A DNA stretch of 64,000 nt from Octopus vulgaris (lineage: Eukaryota): positions 64,852,001 to 64,916,000 of the forward strand of contig OX597815.1 in the NCBI GenBank assembly GCA_951406725.2. Direction: 5' to 3'. Made by a program: the position numbers and the translations under genes. This document shows positions 26,756 through 40,749 of this stretch, one piece after another; position 1 is the stretch's first letter, and each line of letters starts with the position of its first letter. The notes beneath the pieces are model-generated. The model ran no database searches. It was not told the origin of the DNA and saw nothing but the letters and a program-made list of their open reading frames with translations.

Positions 26756-27959
26756 AAGAAGAAGAAGAAGAAGAAGAAGAAGAAGAAGAAGAAGAAGAAG
26801 AAGAAGAAGAAGAAGAAATTTCAGTTGTTTGACCTTAACCAGTTGAGCATGTCCCTTAGTGGCTGACGATATGAGCATCTCTGATTACGAGCAGAAGTAG
26901 TGGGGGGGGGGCATCATAGCAATGTTTGAGAGGAATTCGGGGGGTTTGAATAATACTACCCTGGAAACATGGGTGTTTTGTTCAACATTCTTAAACAACC
27001 CTTATTCGGGGACATTTTGTTTAGGATGAGCGACTCAACCTGAAGAAAATTCTAACTGGGTCCCAAATGCAAGATCATGCGCTATTTGTCTTGATATGAG
27101 ATCACCATGTCGCACATATATGGTTGTGATGCATGTGCCCAGTGTACCCTAATCAGACGAGATGTCATAAGTATATTGGGCTTCATGTTGATGGCATGCG
27201 ATGCTCTCTCACTCAACAATATTAATGATAATAATCCTTTCTACTAAAGACACAAGGCCTGAAATTTGGGGGGGAGGGGGCTAGTTGATTGCATTGACCC
27301 CAGTGTTTCACTGGTATTTAATTTACCGACCCCGAAAGGATGAAAGGCAAAGTCGACCTCGGTAGAATTTGAACTCAGAAGGTAGCAACTGATGAAATAC
27401 CTATTTCTTTACTACCCACAAGGGGCTAAACACAGAAGGGGCAAACAAGGACAGAAAAACGGATTAAGTCGATTATATCGACCCCAGTGCGTAACTGGTG
27501 CTTTATTTAATCGACCCCGAAAGGATGAAAGGCAAAGTCGACCTCAGCGGAATTTGAACTCAGAACGTAACGGCAGACGAAATACGGCTACGCATTTCGC
27601 CCGGCGTGCTAACGTTTCTGCCAGCTCGCCGCCTTAATAATCATAATAATCCTTTCTATTAAAGGCCGGGTAGAGGGGATTAGTCGGTTACATCGACCCC
27701 AGTATTTCACTGGTACTTAATTTATCGATACCGGAAGGATGGAAGGCAAAATTGAGCTCGGCAGAATTTAAACTCATTTTGTCCAGCGTGCTAACGATTC
27801 AGCCAGCTCACCGCCTTGCTTAATGGTAATGATTATAATTTTTATTAAGGGCGTTGGGTACATCTAGAAGTATAGGTGTGTGATTAAGAAGCTCATTTTC
27901 AACCACTACGTTTCGGGTTCAGTCCCAATGCGTGCACCTTGGGTAAATATTTTCTACTA

Positions 27960-28236
27960 TACTGACCAACTCGAATTATATTGCGGGCCCCTTTAATCAC
28001 AGAAAGTTTTTTGAGGGCCGCTTGTATACTGACAGAATTGAAAGCATTTTGCTTTCTCATGCAAATAATGAATGAATGATTGTTGCAAAAACAGTAGTAT
28101 CTTTCTTTTATAATTTCATTACAATCTTGAATTTTTTGCTAAAATTTTTTAAATGTTTGTTTAAATAAACCCATTTCAAGAAAGTATCAAGTCTGCAGGC
28201 CGCATGCTGCACCGGGCCTCAGGTTGGCCAGCACTG
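27960..28236. mobile_element. hAT-type MITE inserted in a SINE
   Basis: Right TIR gttggccagcactg, degraded left TIR actgaccaac, and a duplicated tactat(ag) target in the interrupted SINE. Confidence 0.55.
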
Positions 28237-29525
28237 TACTATAGTCTCGGACTGACCAATGCTTTGTGAGTGACGGATATAGTGGACGATGTAATCTCAG
28301 ATAAGATGATTACGAGTGAAATAACAGTAATCGATCAGAGCTGACCTGGGGATAAGCAGCAGCAACTTACAAACAAAACAATTAGTCACTCATGAGTTAT
28401 GTTTCTTGCTCATAACCACAGCCTGGTTAGGTACAAACAGACGATATTTCAACTGTTTGTCTAGTCTTCAAATAATACAGTTGTGTTCCCTACACTGTAA
28501 TATATTTCTACCCTTGTTTATCACGCGAGTTTAATTTTAAAAAAGACAGTGTTAAATGAATCATTCATAAATGGATCAAACGCATTAGACAAATAGGTTT
28601 CATTCCGAGACCGCTAGCTGTCCCACTACTAACATAACCAAATAACACCCCCCGAACAGATTTTAAATACACATAATGATATTGTTTCATAGTTGGATTA
28701 ATATATAGAGGAAAATTTAATAATATATGGTCCGTAAACAATAAGAATATAACAAGGAAAAATACTTTTTCTGCTCATTGATCCCATGTTGATAGATACG
28801 TGTACGTAAATCCGTATTTAAAAAAATACGCAGTTCCCCAGCATGATGATGTAAACATGACTGGTATACAATTCATTCTGGGTAGCTGAGCACTGTGGAT
28901 AGTCGCCGGGGCGCACTTTTGTTGTTCAAGTAGAATCGTTAACTGATCATTTATCACGGATTAATCCATGATTAGCGCAACATGGTTCACAGTTTAGTGT
29001 ACCGTGTTATCCCAGATCAGTTTTGAATGAATCAGTGATAAGCGAGAATAGATGTACTGCACAAATTTAATTTCATAATTGCTTTTAATTTTGGTACTAG
29101 ACTAGCATTTTTGAAGGAGGGGGCCAAGTTCATTACCTCAACTGAAGTACTTCTCTGGTACATTATTTCATCAATTCAAAGGGATTTGAACTCAGAACAT
29201 AAAGAGCCAAATGCTGTTAACCATTTTCTCCGATGCGCTAACAATTTTCATGCCAACAAGTACAAGACTGTTCAATGAAGAGGTGGTCACTCAGTCTTTT
29301 AGAAATAGCAGTCAAATTTCTCTCAAGTCAAAGGAAAGGCACATTAGATAAAGTAGCACTAGATACACCTTGTCTGAAAAACAAACGACCGGATGGTCAC
29401 TGCGAGATTGCTGTTGATCATAAGTGTTCTATGATGGCTGATCTGGCAGAAAACATCAACAACATCAACAACATGAGGAAATGTTGCAATGATGACTTTT
29501 TTTTTTCTTAGTCTCATTTTCTTGT

Positions 29526-29531
29526 TTTATT
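29526..29531 (-). terminator. Poly(A) signal of exon 4a
   Basis: AATAAA about 75 nt after the stop, followed by a GT-rich element (tgttgttgatgttgttgatg). Confidence 0.6.
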
Positions 29532-29605
29532 GGCGATTTACTGTGAATTGCAGAAACTGTTGATGAAAAAATAGTGCCCAGAGTTGGCTGAGGCAAAATA
29601 AATTT

Positions 29606-29748
29606 TCAGCGATGGTTGAAAAGACCACCTATTAATTTACTGAATGGCAATTGGTTCGATTCATTGTAATCAGAGAGATGATTATAGAAGCAGATTGCTG
29701 CTTTTTTATCACACGTACAAATAGCCTGCTGACATTCATCACTATTCA
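29606..29748 (-). CDS. sPLA2 gene A, terminal exon 4a (Asp99 helix)
   Basis: Polypyrimidine tract + ctag acceptor, phase 1. Encodes (L)NSDECQQAICTCDKKAAICFYNHLSDYNESNQLPFSKLIGGLFNHR* with the CxxxxCxCDxxAAxCF motif. Spliced product is 153 aa. Confidence 0.93.
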
Positions 29749-30469
29749 CTAGAAAAGAGAGAAGAAAAAGAAAACACAAATGATTAAACTTCATATTTGT
29801 ATTTGTTTTAAAATACTCTTCATGAGAAAATGTTGTGAAACTGATATTGTATATTATGAGGGTCAAACTAATAATCTTTTCTACTAAAGGCACAAGGCCT
29901 GAAATTTTGTGGGTAGTAGGTAAGTCGATTACATAAACCTAGTGTTTCACTGGTATATAATTTATCAACCCCGAAAGGAAAAAAGGCAAAGATGAACCTC
30001 GGCGAAATTAGAACTCAAAACGTAAAGACGGACGAAATGCTACTAAGCATTTTGCCCGACGTGCTAGCGATTCTGCCAGCTCACCGCCATACGGGAGGTG
30101 CAGAGTCATACTAATAATAAAAAAACACACACTCACTGATTGTATTTCAGATTAGTTTTATTACCAATCAATTAAATATTTGACCAGTTCATTAGTTAGT
30201 TGAACCATTAGGGTCAAAGTCCTTTTGTAACAGACTGTGACCTTGTCATCTCTTTCACCTCAGCAACTTATTGAATCATTATTGATCATCTCAGAGGTCT
30301 TGTGATAAGATCAAAATCTGTTACGAAAGGACTTTCACAAACTAATCGATTAACTAATTAATTAATTATCTAAGTGACAGCTAATAAAACTGAAGTGAAA
30401 CATAACCAGTGCATGTGATTTTATTGGCAGTATGACTCACCCAAAGTACAACAATGCATATATATATAT

Positions 30470-31110
30470 ATATATCGTCGATTATTTTTGCGATGGCTGA
30501 GGAACGGCGTACTTCCGTGAAATTCTGTTTTCTGCAGGAGAAAACGGCGGCCGAAACAGCTGTCATGAGCTAAAAACTTACAAGGGCGCAGCCATGAGCT
30601 AAACACAAATTTAAGAACAATCATTTGCCACTTGAAGACCAATCTCGTTAGGACTACTGTCGACCTCCCGAATGAATGAAAACATCACGAAAATTCATGA
30701 ACTGATCTTGGAGAATTGTCACCGAACAATTGGCGAACTTGTTGATATGACTGGTGTGTCCTAGAGTTCCTGCCAATGAATTTTGAGCGAGGAATTGCGA
30801 ATGAAAAAAGTTGCTGCAAAATTTGTACCTCGCTTGCTCACGGAAGATCAAAAGCAGTCACGACCTAATGCGTGTCGCGAACTGATCCGGACCTTTTTTC
30901 GAAGGTCATCACCAGTGACGAAAGCTGGTGCTACGGAATTTGCAGATGGAAAGAAAAACGTCGGCGGAGTTAAAAGGCATCACTTCGCAAGAGCACCAGC
31001 ACTGCTTCGAACAGTGGAAAACGCGTCTGGACCGAAGCATTGCTTCAAATAAAAGTGTAGACATGTAAAACAAAGTGAATAAAATAATAGTTAAATTCCG
31101 GTTTCTTTTG
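30470..31110 (+). mobile_element. Mariner remnant in sPLA2 intron 3
   Basis: VKFCF..KTAAET HTH region and MKKVAAKFVPRLLTEDQK. Absent from the duplicate copy near 18.9 kb. Confidence 0.8.
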
Positions 31111-31449
31111 TATTTATTGCTCCTTTTGTTTCAATCATTGGGACTGGAGCTACGCTGCGGCACCACCCCGTGTCGAGCATATCTACCCCTGTACTAATCC
31201 TTTTTAAATCTTGTACACATTCTATCGGATTATTTGGCTGAACTGTTCAACTACAGTGACTTAAACAAAGCAACACCAATTGTCAAGCGGTTTAGATAGA
31301 AGCATAAAGACACGCACATGCGCTGTGCACACACACACACGCACACACACACATGCACACACATACACACACACACACACATACATACATACATACATAC
31401 ATACATACATACATACATACATACATACATACATACATACATACATGTA

Positions 31450-32170
31450 TATATACCAGGTTGAGATGAAAGCTTTTTCGAATTTTAACTTACCACTTTT
31501 GGCAAATTATGTCGCCATGTTATATCAATTAAATATAACTTGTTATCCATTCTTGCTGAATTGCTTATTCGTTATTTTGTAGCTTTGACAATGAGTGGTG
31601 AAAAATTGCATTTAAAGCCATTTTACACCACCTGTGGAAAAAATTACCTAGTACAAGGGCTGCACCCAAAGAATTGCCAATGAATGTGTAGTACAAAACT
31701 AGTTCAAATGTTTCAAGGAAGGCTGGACTCACCTTTCTTGGTCAGGGAGAACTGCTGGTGTGAGAGATGAGGCTTTACTTGAAATAGTTGAATAACAGCC
31801 AAGTACAAGCACTCGTACATTGCCGGCAGAACTTGGTCCTTCACAAAACACCATCAATCAACACTTCCATAAGCTCTCAACAACACGCACTCCTACAGCA
31901 TGATACTGTACCCCGGCACACACTGCCAATATGACCAAGTGCAAACTTGAAGAACTTGAGGGGATGGAAGTACTGCCTCACTCGGCCTACAGTCCAGACC
32001 TTGCACCGCCAGATTACCACTTTTGGAATCATGACTCATTTCCTGCACACTGTTAACAGTGTAGATGAAGTTAAAAACGGGTGCAGGGTGTGTTTTGCCT
32101 TGAACTGAGCTCCTGGCACAAAAGTGGTAACAAAAAATAAATTATGTAACAGAAAATAAATTATATGTTG
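31450..32170 (+). mobile_element. Internally deleted mariner, same family as 56600-57600
   Basis: VLPHSAYSPDLAPPDYH motif and sequence shared with the 56.6-57.4 kb copy. Confidence 0.75.
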
Positions 32171-32606
32171 ATGAATGTGAAAGTGCGTGGTGGTTAGTGT
32201 AAGGTTGTAAATTCGATTCCCGGCCACATGTTGTGTCCTTGAGCAAAACGCTTTATTTCACGTTGCTCCAGTCCACTCAACTGTCAAAAATTAAGCTGTA
32301 CCACAATTTCAAAGGAGCCAGCCCTGTCACATTCTGTGTCGCGCCGAATCTCCTTGTGAATTATGTTAAAGATACCCGTGTCTGTGGAGTGTTCAGCCAC
32401 TTACACGTTAATTTCATGGGCAGACTGTTCCTTTGATCGAATCAACTGGAACACTCGTCGTAATCGACGGAGATCCTGTTCAGTTCATGTTAATGAATAA
32501 ACACTTTTCGTATTCAATCTGTTTAAACTATTAATTAAAGTTTAAAATACGAAAAAACTCAACCTATGTGTACGTTTAATATCTTGGTGTTAATGTGTAT
32601 ACTTAC

Positions 32607-32731
32607 AACAATAGATTAACCCTTGATGTTTATACCAATGGTATGAAGCGAAGTAAACTTTTGTATGTGTGAGGGAATCACACTCAGCTCGATTGACACG
32701 TTCATAGCAATGGTCATGATTCCTACAGCAG
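32607..32731 (-). CDS. sPLA2 gene A, coding exon 3 (catalytic His48/Asp49)
   Basis: Acceptor cgttccag, donor gtaagt, 125 nt, phase 2 to phase 1. Encodes (N)CCRNHDHCYERVNRAECDSLTHTKVYFASYHWYKHQGLIYC with the CCxxHDxCY signature. This frame is missed by the ORF track. Confidence 0.95.
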
Positions 32732-32864
32732 CTGGAACGATAAACACATTAGTGATCAATTTGATTGTGATGATAATAATGAAGGAATGAAAGAAGAAGA
32801 AGAAGAAGAAGAAGAAGAAGAAGAAGAAGAAGAAGAAGACGACGACGACGACGACGACGACGAC

Positions 32865-32901
<37 letters not shown>

Positions 32902-33203
32902 CGTAGCAAGAACTAATTCCTGTGTCATGTTTGAAAAACTTTCTTCTCTCGTATATATTTAAGTCACCCACACACAAACACATGCATACACCCATAAACA
33001 CATTAACACATAAGCACAAATTTCCAATGAAAAATATGTTCAGTAGAAGAGAAACTAAAAAACAATATCGTATCTTCATTCTTAATACATTCTGGCATAT
33101 TCGAACGGGAATATCTGATTCCTGTTACCTTTCCTCATCGGAGAACATCTCCCTTTAGAAAATGTATGTTCATAACAACTTCGACTTACCAGTGAAAGGA
33201 GAC

Positions 33204-33250
33204 TTCGAGACACCTTGGTGTTTCGACATTATTATGTCTCATCAATAAAA
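33204..33250 (-). ncRNA. Degenerate hammerhead motif in sPLA2 intron 2 (sense strand)
   Basis: TTTTA-TTGATGA-GACAT(aata)ATGTC-GAA-ACACCAAGGTGT-C-TCGAA: C3 changed to U, stem I weakened. Confidence 0.5.
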
Positions 33251-33946
33251 TTATCCCATAGTTGCACGATGAATCTGACTAGATCACAAGCTCTTGCTAA
33301 TAATAGAAATCAGTAAATTATTTGCCGATGCGTGCAAGAGTCTGCCAAAACGGAAAATAGAGACCAGATATTCAGGTATAAATCTGACGGAACGTATCAA
33401 GAGTGAATAGATACGTTATTGTTTGAGTTCTCACTGCTTGCACTCTATGAATTATTATCTGCTCGACAAATATCAGCCCACAGCAAAAAAAAAATAAATT
33501 GCCTGCTGATTTTTATAAACAACAATTCGTGCACTTGTCAATTCATCGCTTCAGCAAAGTAGATTTGAGTAAGGAAACAATAAACTTGAAATATCGAGGT
33601 GTTGATGGCAAAGTACCTTAACACAGGTGAATTCTGGACAGTTCTATAGTCCGACAAAAACCATCTGGTCGAAACTTCGAAGCCACTATCACCTCTCTTC
33701 TTTGCACTAGCAGACCACTGATAATGAAACAGGGGAAGCCAAATCATGTAAATATTTTAAACAAATATATATATATATATTCGAGTCACACACACAGTAA
33801 AGGAGGTTGCACTGCAGAAACGTTGGAAACAATTACTTCTGCATTCACTCCGCTATTTTACATCTCCAATTCACATCCCGTTGAGAACAACTTTGCCTTT
33901 TATCCCTCGGTGGTGTTGTGTGTTATGTGTGTATGTATGCATGTAT

Positions 33947-33993
<47 letters not shown>

Positions 33994-34499
33994 TGTTGTT
34001 GTTGTTGTTGTTGTTGTTGTAGTAGTATATCATTGATCTGAATGTTACAGATGGTTTCATATCACACACACCAGCTCAACTTGATTCGCCTCTATTAATC
34101 GAAAGATACTTATTTTCTTGTTTGTATTTGTAATTCAGTAACATTTTCTCCGTTTTTTATCGTTTTTTTTTTTGTCTTTGTTGTCGTACACATTCGTTTG
34201 CTTTCTCCCAAAATATTTTATGCTCTTGGCTATAGATTTTTGGGGTTGGCCAGATTTGAACAGTCTAAAGTGTAATTGGCTGAAACTGTAAGGATAATCT
34301 GGAAACTTGATTGATGAGAGAAGGCCACGAAGCCCGTCCTTGTTTTGTAGTGTCTGTGTTTTTGTTGTTTTTCTTATCCGCTTTCGTATCGTCTATCTGT
34401 CCGGATTTTTTATTGTCGTCTGTTGCGTTCTTTTTCCATTTTGGGGATTTATGTATACATACAGCGGCGTACGTACACTTTTGCTCACCTTGTAAGTAA

Positions 34500-34540
<41 letters not shown>

Positions 34541-34962
34541 GCATCATGTAGGGATTCCGTTGGCTAATACTGATCGGGCATCTCCAGGGACATGAGTATG
34601 ATTTTTATAAAGAGAAATGAACGTTTCTGCTTGTCCCTCAGTCGTATCATTGATGTTTATCCAAGGGAGAGGCTGCCAACGTGGGCGGATACAATTTCAC
34701 CATTGTCTTTGCAGACGTTACTCTCAAAACAAAGATTCGTAACAGATTCTGCAAGACATCATACCTCACACTCTATTAATCCACCGACCTGAATAGGTAC
34801 TTTCTTTAGTGATCCTTAAAGGATCAAAGGCAAAGCTGATCTGAGCGGGTTTTGAACTCTGAGAGCAGTGAATCGGAACAGATACCACGAGTTATTCCTA
34901 TGCAACAATCTAAGACCCATGCCAATTCGCCACACTATACATTCTGTGAACAAATACACACA

Positions 34963-35009
<47 letters not shown>

Positions 35010-35019
35010 AACAACATAC

Positions 35020-35164
35020 TTATCAATGCTATCTACAGGATCACCGGAACCGCCAAAGCCACACCACTTTCCATATCCGTTGAAATCAAAGGGATTTCTT
35101 CCAGTCTCAGACTGAATCATTTCGCCAAACGAATCCAAACTTCGCTTCTCAGTTATAAGGCCAT
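35020..35164 (-). CDS. sPLA2 gene A, coding exon 2 (propeptide, N-terminal helix, Ca2+-binding loop)
   Basis: Acceptor tgtttcag, donor gtatgt, 145 nt. Encodes (D)GLITEKR-SLDSFGEMIQSETGRNPFDFNGYGKWCGFGGSGDPVDSID, matching the group I/II-type sPLA2 motif YGxxCGxGGxGxPxDxxD. Confidence 0.95.
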
Positions 35165-37584
35165 CTGAAACAGTAAATGAACAAACACATTCTTAAAGAA
35201 ACACTCTACTACATCCAAAACAAGTCAAGTATTTTATATAAGCAGAGTGGGAGAAATGTCACTGAACCTTGTTACATAATTATTGGTTTTAGACGTTGAC
35301 ACAAGGCCAGCAATTTCGAGGAGGAGTTAAGTTGATTTCATCGACCCTATTGCACATCTGGTACTTATTCTAACGATTCTGTCAGCTCACAGTTATTGAT
35401 AAAGTTTTCTAGTAAACACGATATGCTAACCATTTTGAAGGTAAGGCTGGCATCGATTAGACAAACGATCAATATATAATGTTTACCTCATTCTACTGAT
35501 GTCACAAGCTTGAAAGGAAATCTTAACTCAGCAGGAATTGTACTCAGAGCGCTAAAGGAAACGAAACTAAAAATAGAAGCCATTTAACCTGCACTCTGTT
35601 GATTCCGTCACGTACCGCCCAAATAATCTCTTCTACTATATGCGCAAGGCCTACAATTTTGAAGGGTAGAGGATAGTCGATTACATCGACCCCAGTACCT
35701 AAATGGCAGTACGTGGGTACCTGTGGTGTGTGTCACACTTACATCAAAGGAAGAGTTAAAATAGTTGAAGGGAGAGATACAAAGAAAAAGAGAAATAAAA
35801 GGTGTTAAGCAGAGGAGGTATAGTTGAAGTGAGTGGCAAAGCAGGAGAGAGGAGGGACAGAGGAAGTGAGACAGAAAGAGAGAGAGAGAGTGAGTGAGAC
35901 AGTGAGTGGTGACTGAAAGGAAGGTGGCGTTCTTTTTTTAGTTTTTAAATGTTTATCAGTATTTTCAGAGTAGACTTATACATACATCGAAAGATAAGTA
36001 GATACATACATAGATAGATACACACATAGTTAAATTAAAAGCAGGAGAGAAGAGGGACAGAGAAGAAGTAAGACAGAAAGAGAGAGAGAGAGTGAAAGAG
36101 ACAATGGCGTTCGTTTTGTGTCTTTAAATGTTTATTATCAGTATTTTCAGAGTAGACTGATACATGCATCGAAAGGAAAGTAGATACATAGAACGAAAGA
36201 AAAGTAGATACATAGATACATAGATAACTACAGCAAATATTGGATGTCACTGTCACTTTTCATTACCTCACAAGGATAAAATTAGCGCGCAAGTGGCTGA
36301 GTTCTCCACAGACACGCATACTATTAACGTAGTTATCAGAGAGATTCAGCCTCACACAGATTGTGACAAGGCTGACCCCTTTCAATTACAGCTACAACTC
36401 ATTTTGGCCAGCTGAATGGATTGGAGCAAGATAAACCTTCAAGTAGTTGGAAGAAAACGAAAAAAGATCCTGTATAGGGGCAGGAAAATCTTTTTAGTCG
36501 TTAGGGTCACTACGGGTGTTAACCTGGTCCTAACAGCGGTATTTGTGGGCTTCACAGATCTGGAGGCCAAGCCCCCAGATAAACACCAATGCGCAGGCTG
36601 TTGTTATCAAACTGAGCGTGAGACGAGGGCGAAGTCACTACACGACGGGATAGTAATTATTTCGTCTTAGCTTTCACTACTTATACTTAACACATGACAT
36701 TTTTGCTTTCGATAAGGAACATTTCCTTTTCTTTCACTCTTTTTAAAAATGGCACTCTGTCGGTTATGACGACGTGGTTCCTGTTTATCTGATCAACGGA
36801 ACAGTTTTCTCGTAAAATTAACGCGCAATTGACTGAGTACTCCACAGACATGCATACCATTAACGTAGGTCTCAAGGAGATTCAGCCTCGCACAGAATGT
36901 GACAAGGCTGGCCCCTTTCAATTACAGCTACAACTCATTTTTGCGAGCTGAGTGGACTATAGCAAGGTCAAGTAGAGTGCGTTGCTCAAGAACACAACGC
37001 GCCGCCGGGAATCGTACTTATGACCTTACCGCCATGAGCTGAATACTCCTAACCACTGAGCCACGCATCTTCACTCTTTTAACCGTAGAGAAAAGGAGCG
37101 AAGTGATGGAGGCAGGGAAAGAAAAGCCTCAGTCATTTAAAATGATAATTAGACTGAAATACGATCGATCTTTTCTAGCTTCTTTACTTTTAAAAATGAA
37201 GAAGTAGGAAAGAGATTTATTAATGAATAGAGGAGAAAGTCTTTCAGCTATTTAGGTTTTTATTCTGGGAGGCCATGTTTTTTTCTTTTTTTTTTTTTCA
37301 GGCACGTTTAACATTTTCTCTACAAACTACAAACAAGCGTCCCTCCCTTTCTTTTTCTCATGTAGAAAATTTCGAACGGGGTATAGCTGTGAAAAGAACC
37401 CGGCAAAATGGGTAATACCCCACTGCAAAATGGGTGAGGGAGAACATTTGCCAACAGGTAGTTACACGAAATTCAACTCTATACTTTATAGAGTGTCTTC
37501 TACTATAACCTCGGGCCAACCAAAGCCTTGTGGGTGGATTTGGTAGATGGAAACTGAAACAAGCCCGTCTTATGTGTGTGTATG

Positions 37585-37631
<47 letters not shown>

Positions 37632-38169
37632 GTGTGTGTGTGTGTGCGCGTGTGTGCGTGCGTGAGTGCGTGCCTGTGTGTATTTATGTGTGTGTTTGTG
37701 TCTGTGTTTGTCCTCCCGCACCACCACCATCATTTGACAACTGATGTTGGTGTATTTGCGTCCCCGTAACTTAGCGGTTCGGCTGAAAAGACTGATAGAA
37801 TAAGCACTAGGTTTACAGGGAATAAGTCCGGAGGTTGTTCTCTTCGACTAAAGGGCGGTGCTCTAGCATGGCCACAGTCAAATGACTGAAACAAATAAAA
37901 CAATAAAACAATAAAACAATACCAGAAGAACGTTCCGCACCACCAAATCAAAAAGGTTTGAATAAGGTTAAATAGTAATTCTGTTTACGTTTGCGTAACT
38001 GAGATATTTTAGTTGGATTACATAGTTATCGGTTTTACACTTGTTTCTATATTCTGTAACTGGCAAACATTTCTCATGGCACCAGCACGCAATTTACAGA
38101 TGCTTACATTTTTTATGTTTTCTGTGAAATTTTCACGGGTCCAGCTAGTTATTATTATTATTATTGTTG

Positions 38170-40745
38170 TTGCTATTTATTGTCTTTGCACAGCTTCTAG
38201 CGCTGGAGGTGTAATACGGTGCCAGCTGTTCACTACCAGTGATCCAAGGTAATACCCCTTATTATTTTCGAGCACCATCCGGAGTATTCGAGCGGTTCCA
38301 AGCAGTACTGTTTTCTGCAAGTGTTCTACTTTTATTACAGCCTCTATTTGTTCTATGTACTTTTCGAGATTTTTACTCACTGCTCCCAATTATTGGTACT
38401 ACTACCACCATTTCCAGCATTCACAACTGCTTAACCTCCAAAGCTAACCTGTCATATCAATGACTTTTCTTTCTTCCTTATCGCATACCTTGTTGTCAGC
38501 TGGGCATGCTATATCTATAATCCAGCATCGTTTGCTTTCTTTATCATCTATGATCCAGCATCGTTTGCTTTCTTTATCATCTATGATCCAGCATCGTTTG
38601 CTGTCTCTCCTATTCTCTATCTCATGGTTGCACTGAATCATAAAATCCCACAGGATCTTTGCATTATCATTTTCGATGAAGCTTTCGGGTTTATGTTCGT
38701 ATCACCTTTTTGCTCTGTCAAGTCCGGACTTGTTGCAAAGTGTCCAATGGACAATCCTTGCTATATTGTCATGACGTCTCTTATATTCTTTCTGGGCTAG
38801 TGGCTTACATTGACTGGTAATATACCGTACGGCTTCACCGTTTTGTCCACAAATTCTGCACTTAACACTTTCTGATGTGTTGTCTGTTCTGTATTTGATG
38901 TAAGTCATTATTAGTGCTTACTCTTGAGCAGCACATATTAGAGCCCCTGTTTCCGGTTTTAAATAACTTTTAGTCATCCATAGCAATCTTTTTTCTCTGT
39001 CTGTGTTATTTTCAACATCCCATGCTTTCTTTTCTTTATCCACCTATTTTCAGTTTCATTCATTTTCAAGTGCTTGTACAGAGCTTCATCTTTGCAGTTT
39101 ATCATCCTACACAAGCCTGACAGTCTTACTTCCAATAATAGTAAAAAAAAGCTCTACCTGCGACGATTTCATCTCAATCGAAGGAGAGGAGCTTTCTCCG
39201 TCCGGGTTGCGGATCCGTGGAACAAGCTGCCAGACGAGATGGTGAAGATGCCGACGACCGCTTTGTTCAAAGCCTCCCTGGACCTCAAGTGGCCTGAACT
39301 CTTTACATGAACACCACCCTGTACTTAACTCCATGTCCCCCTACATGGCCTTGCTATTTGCTTTTGAGCCAAATTAACTAACTAACTAACTAACTAAATA
39401 GTGGTTCTATGGCATTTTTTTACATACCATGCTATGTTGTTTTATTCTGCTCTAATGCTGTGTTCGCATCCAATCAGTCCTCTTCCCCCTCTTTTTTCTT
39501 GGTACTTACAGTCTGTCTGCGTCACTTTTGGGGTAGAGTATCCCATATCTAGGGAGCAACCTCCTTGCCTTTCTGTCTAAGCTGTTTAGTTCGTCTACTG
39601 TCCATGCGATTACCCCTGCTCCATATCTAAGAAGTGAAACCGCCGAGGTGTTGATAGCTTCAATATTATTCGGTTCGTTTAATTTCCACTTAAGGATCAG
39701 TCTCAGTCTGCGCAAGTAATCCATCTTAAATTTTTCTGTCATTTCTATCTCTATCAATTTATCCATTTCCAATATCTCAAGCATTTATAGTCTGTCTCTT
39801 CTATCTGCTTCATAGCCTTCCCCGACGGGATCGCTGACCCGTCCATACATTTGATTTTGCCTCCCTTCAAGACTAACACGCCACACTTTTTCAGTCCGAA
39901 CTCCATTCTGATATTAGTACTGAAAGTATACACCGTATTAATGAGAGAATTAACTTGGGATTCATCTTTACCATAAAGTTTGAGGTCATCCATGAATAAC
40001 AAGTGGTTGACTTTATGTTGGCGGCTTTTAAAATACACACCCAACCTTTGCTTTCCTCAGAATCAGTGTTTGTGGTATCAAGCACAGTACAAAGCTCAGT
40101 GGGGACAGGCAGTCTCATGGGAAGATGCCTCTCCTGATTTCTATTGTCCCTAAACTTCTTCCATATACTGTCAGTTCCATCCTCCACTTCACCATACTTT
40201 TTTCCAAGCAATCGCTCAGAATTCGATGCAATACCAAATAGATTCATACATTCCGTAATCCAAGAATGTGGGATCATATCGTACGCCTTACGATACTCCA
40301 TCCATGACATGGCTAAGTTAGTTTTCCTCCTCTTGCAATCTCAAAGTACAGTTTTTTTTTTCTACCAGGAATTGATCCTTGGTCCCTCTGCACTTACGCC
40401 TGCAACCCTTTTGCTTGTGTGGCAAGACTCCATTTTTCTCCAGATGTCCGTACATTGACTCTGCGACTATTCCAATCAATAATTTTCATATAAGGGGCAA
40501 GCAGGATATCGGCCTGTAATTGTCTACCGTATTGCCTTTTTCGGTGTTTTTCAAGCACAATACTGTCATATCCATTGTCAACCACTCTGGTATTACTTGG
40601 TCGGCATTTAACAAGGTATTAGGTTGCGCAGCTATTCGTGTATGACATTCACTAAATCTTTTGATCCAGTAGCCTTGAACTCCATCTGGTCCCTTTTTTT
40701 TTTTTTTTTTTTTTGCTGATTTCGTTCACTTCCCTAACTGAAATT
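38170..40745 (-). mobile_element. R4/Dong-like RLE LINE in sPLA2 intron 1, with a nested CR1 fragment
   Basis: YRKAYDMIPHSW, NHLLFMDDLKLY, CRIC..YKRRHD, IIDIACP, LLGTARILR; 3' end in (TAA)n near 38150. Confidence 0.88.
39074..39398 (+). mobile_element. CR1/L2-like LINE 3' end nested in the Dong-like element
   Basis: HLNRRRGAFSVRVADPWNKLP motif and a (CTAA)n tail. Confidence 0.8.
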
Positions 40746-40749
40746 ACTA

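Noticed and set aside
35860-36230. Approximately 190-bp local tandem duplication in intron 1
   Set aside because: Ordinary diverged duplication of low-complexity sequence, with no ribozyme or coding signal.
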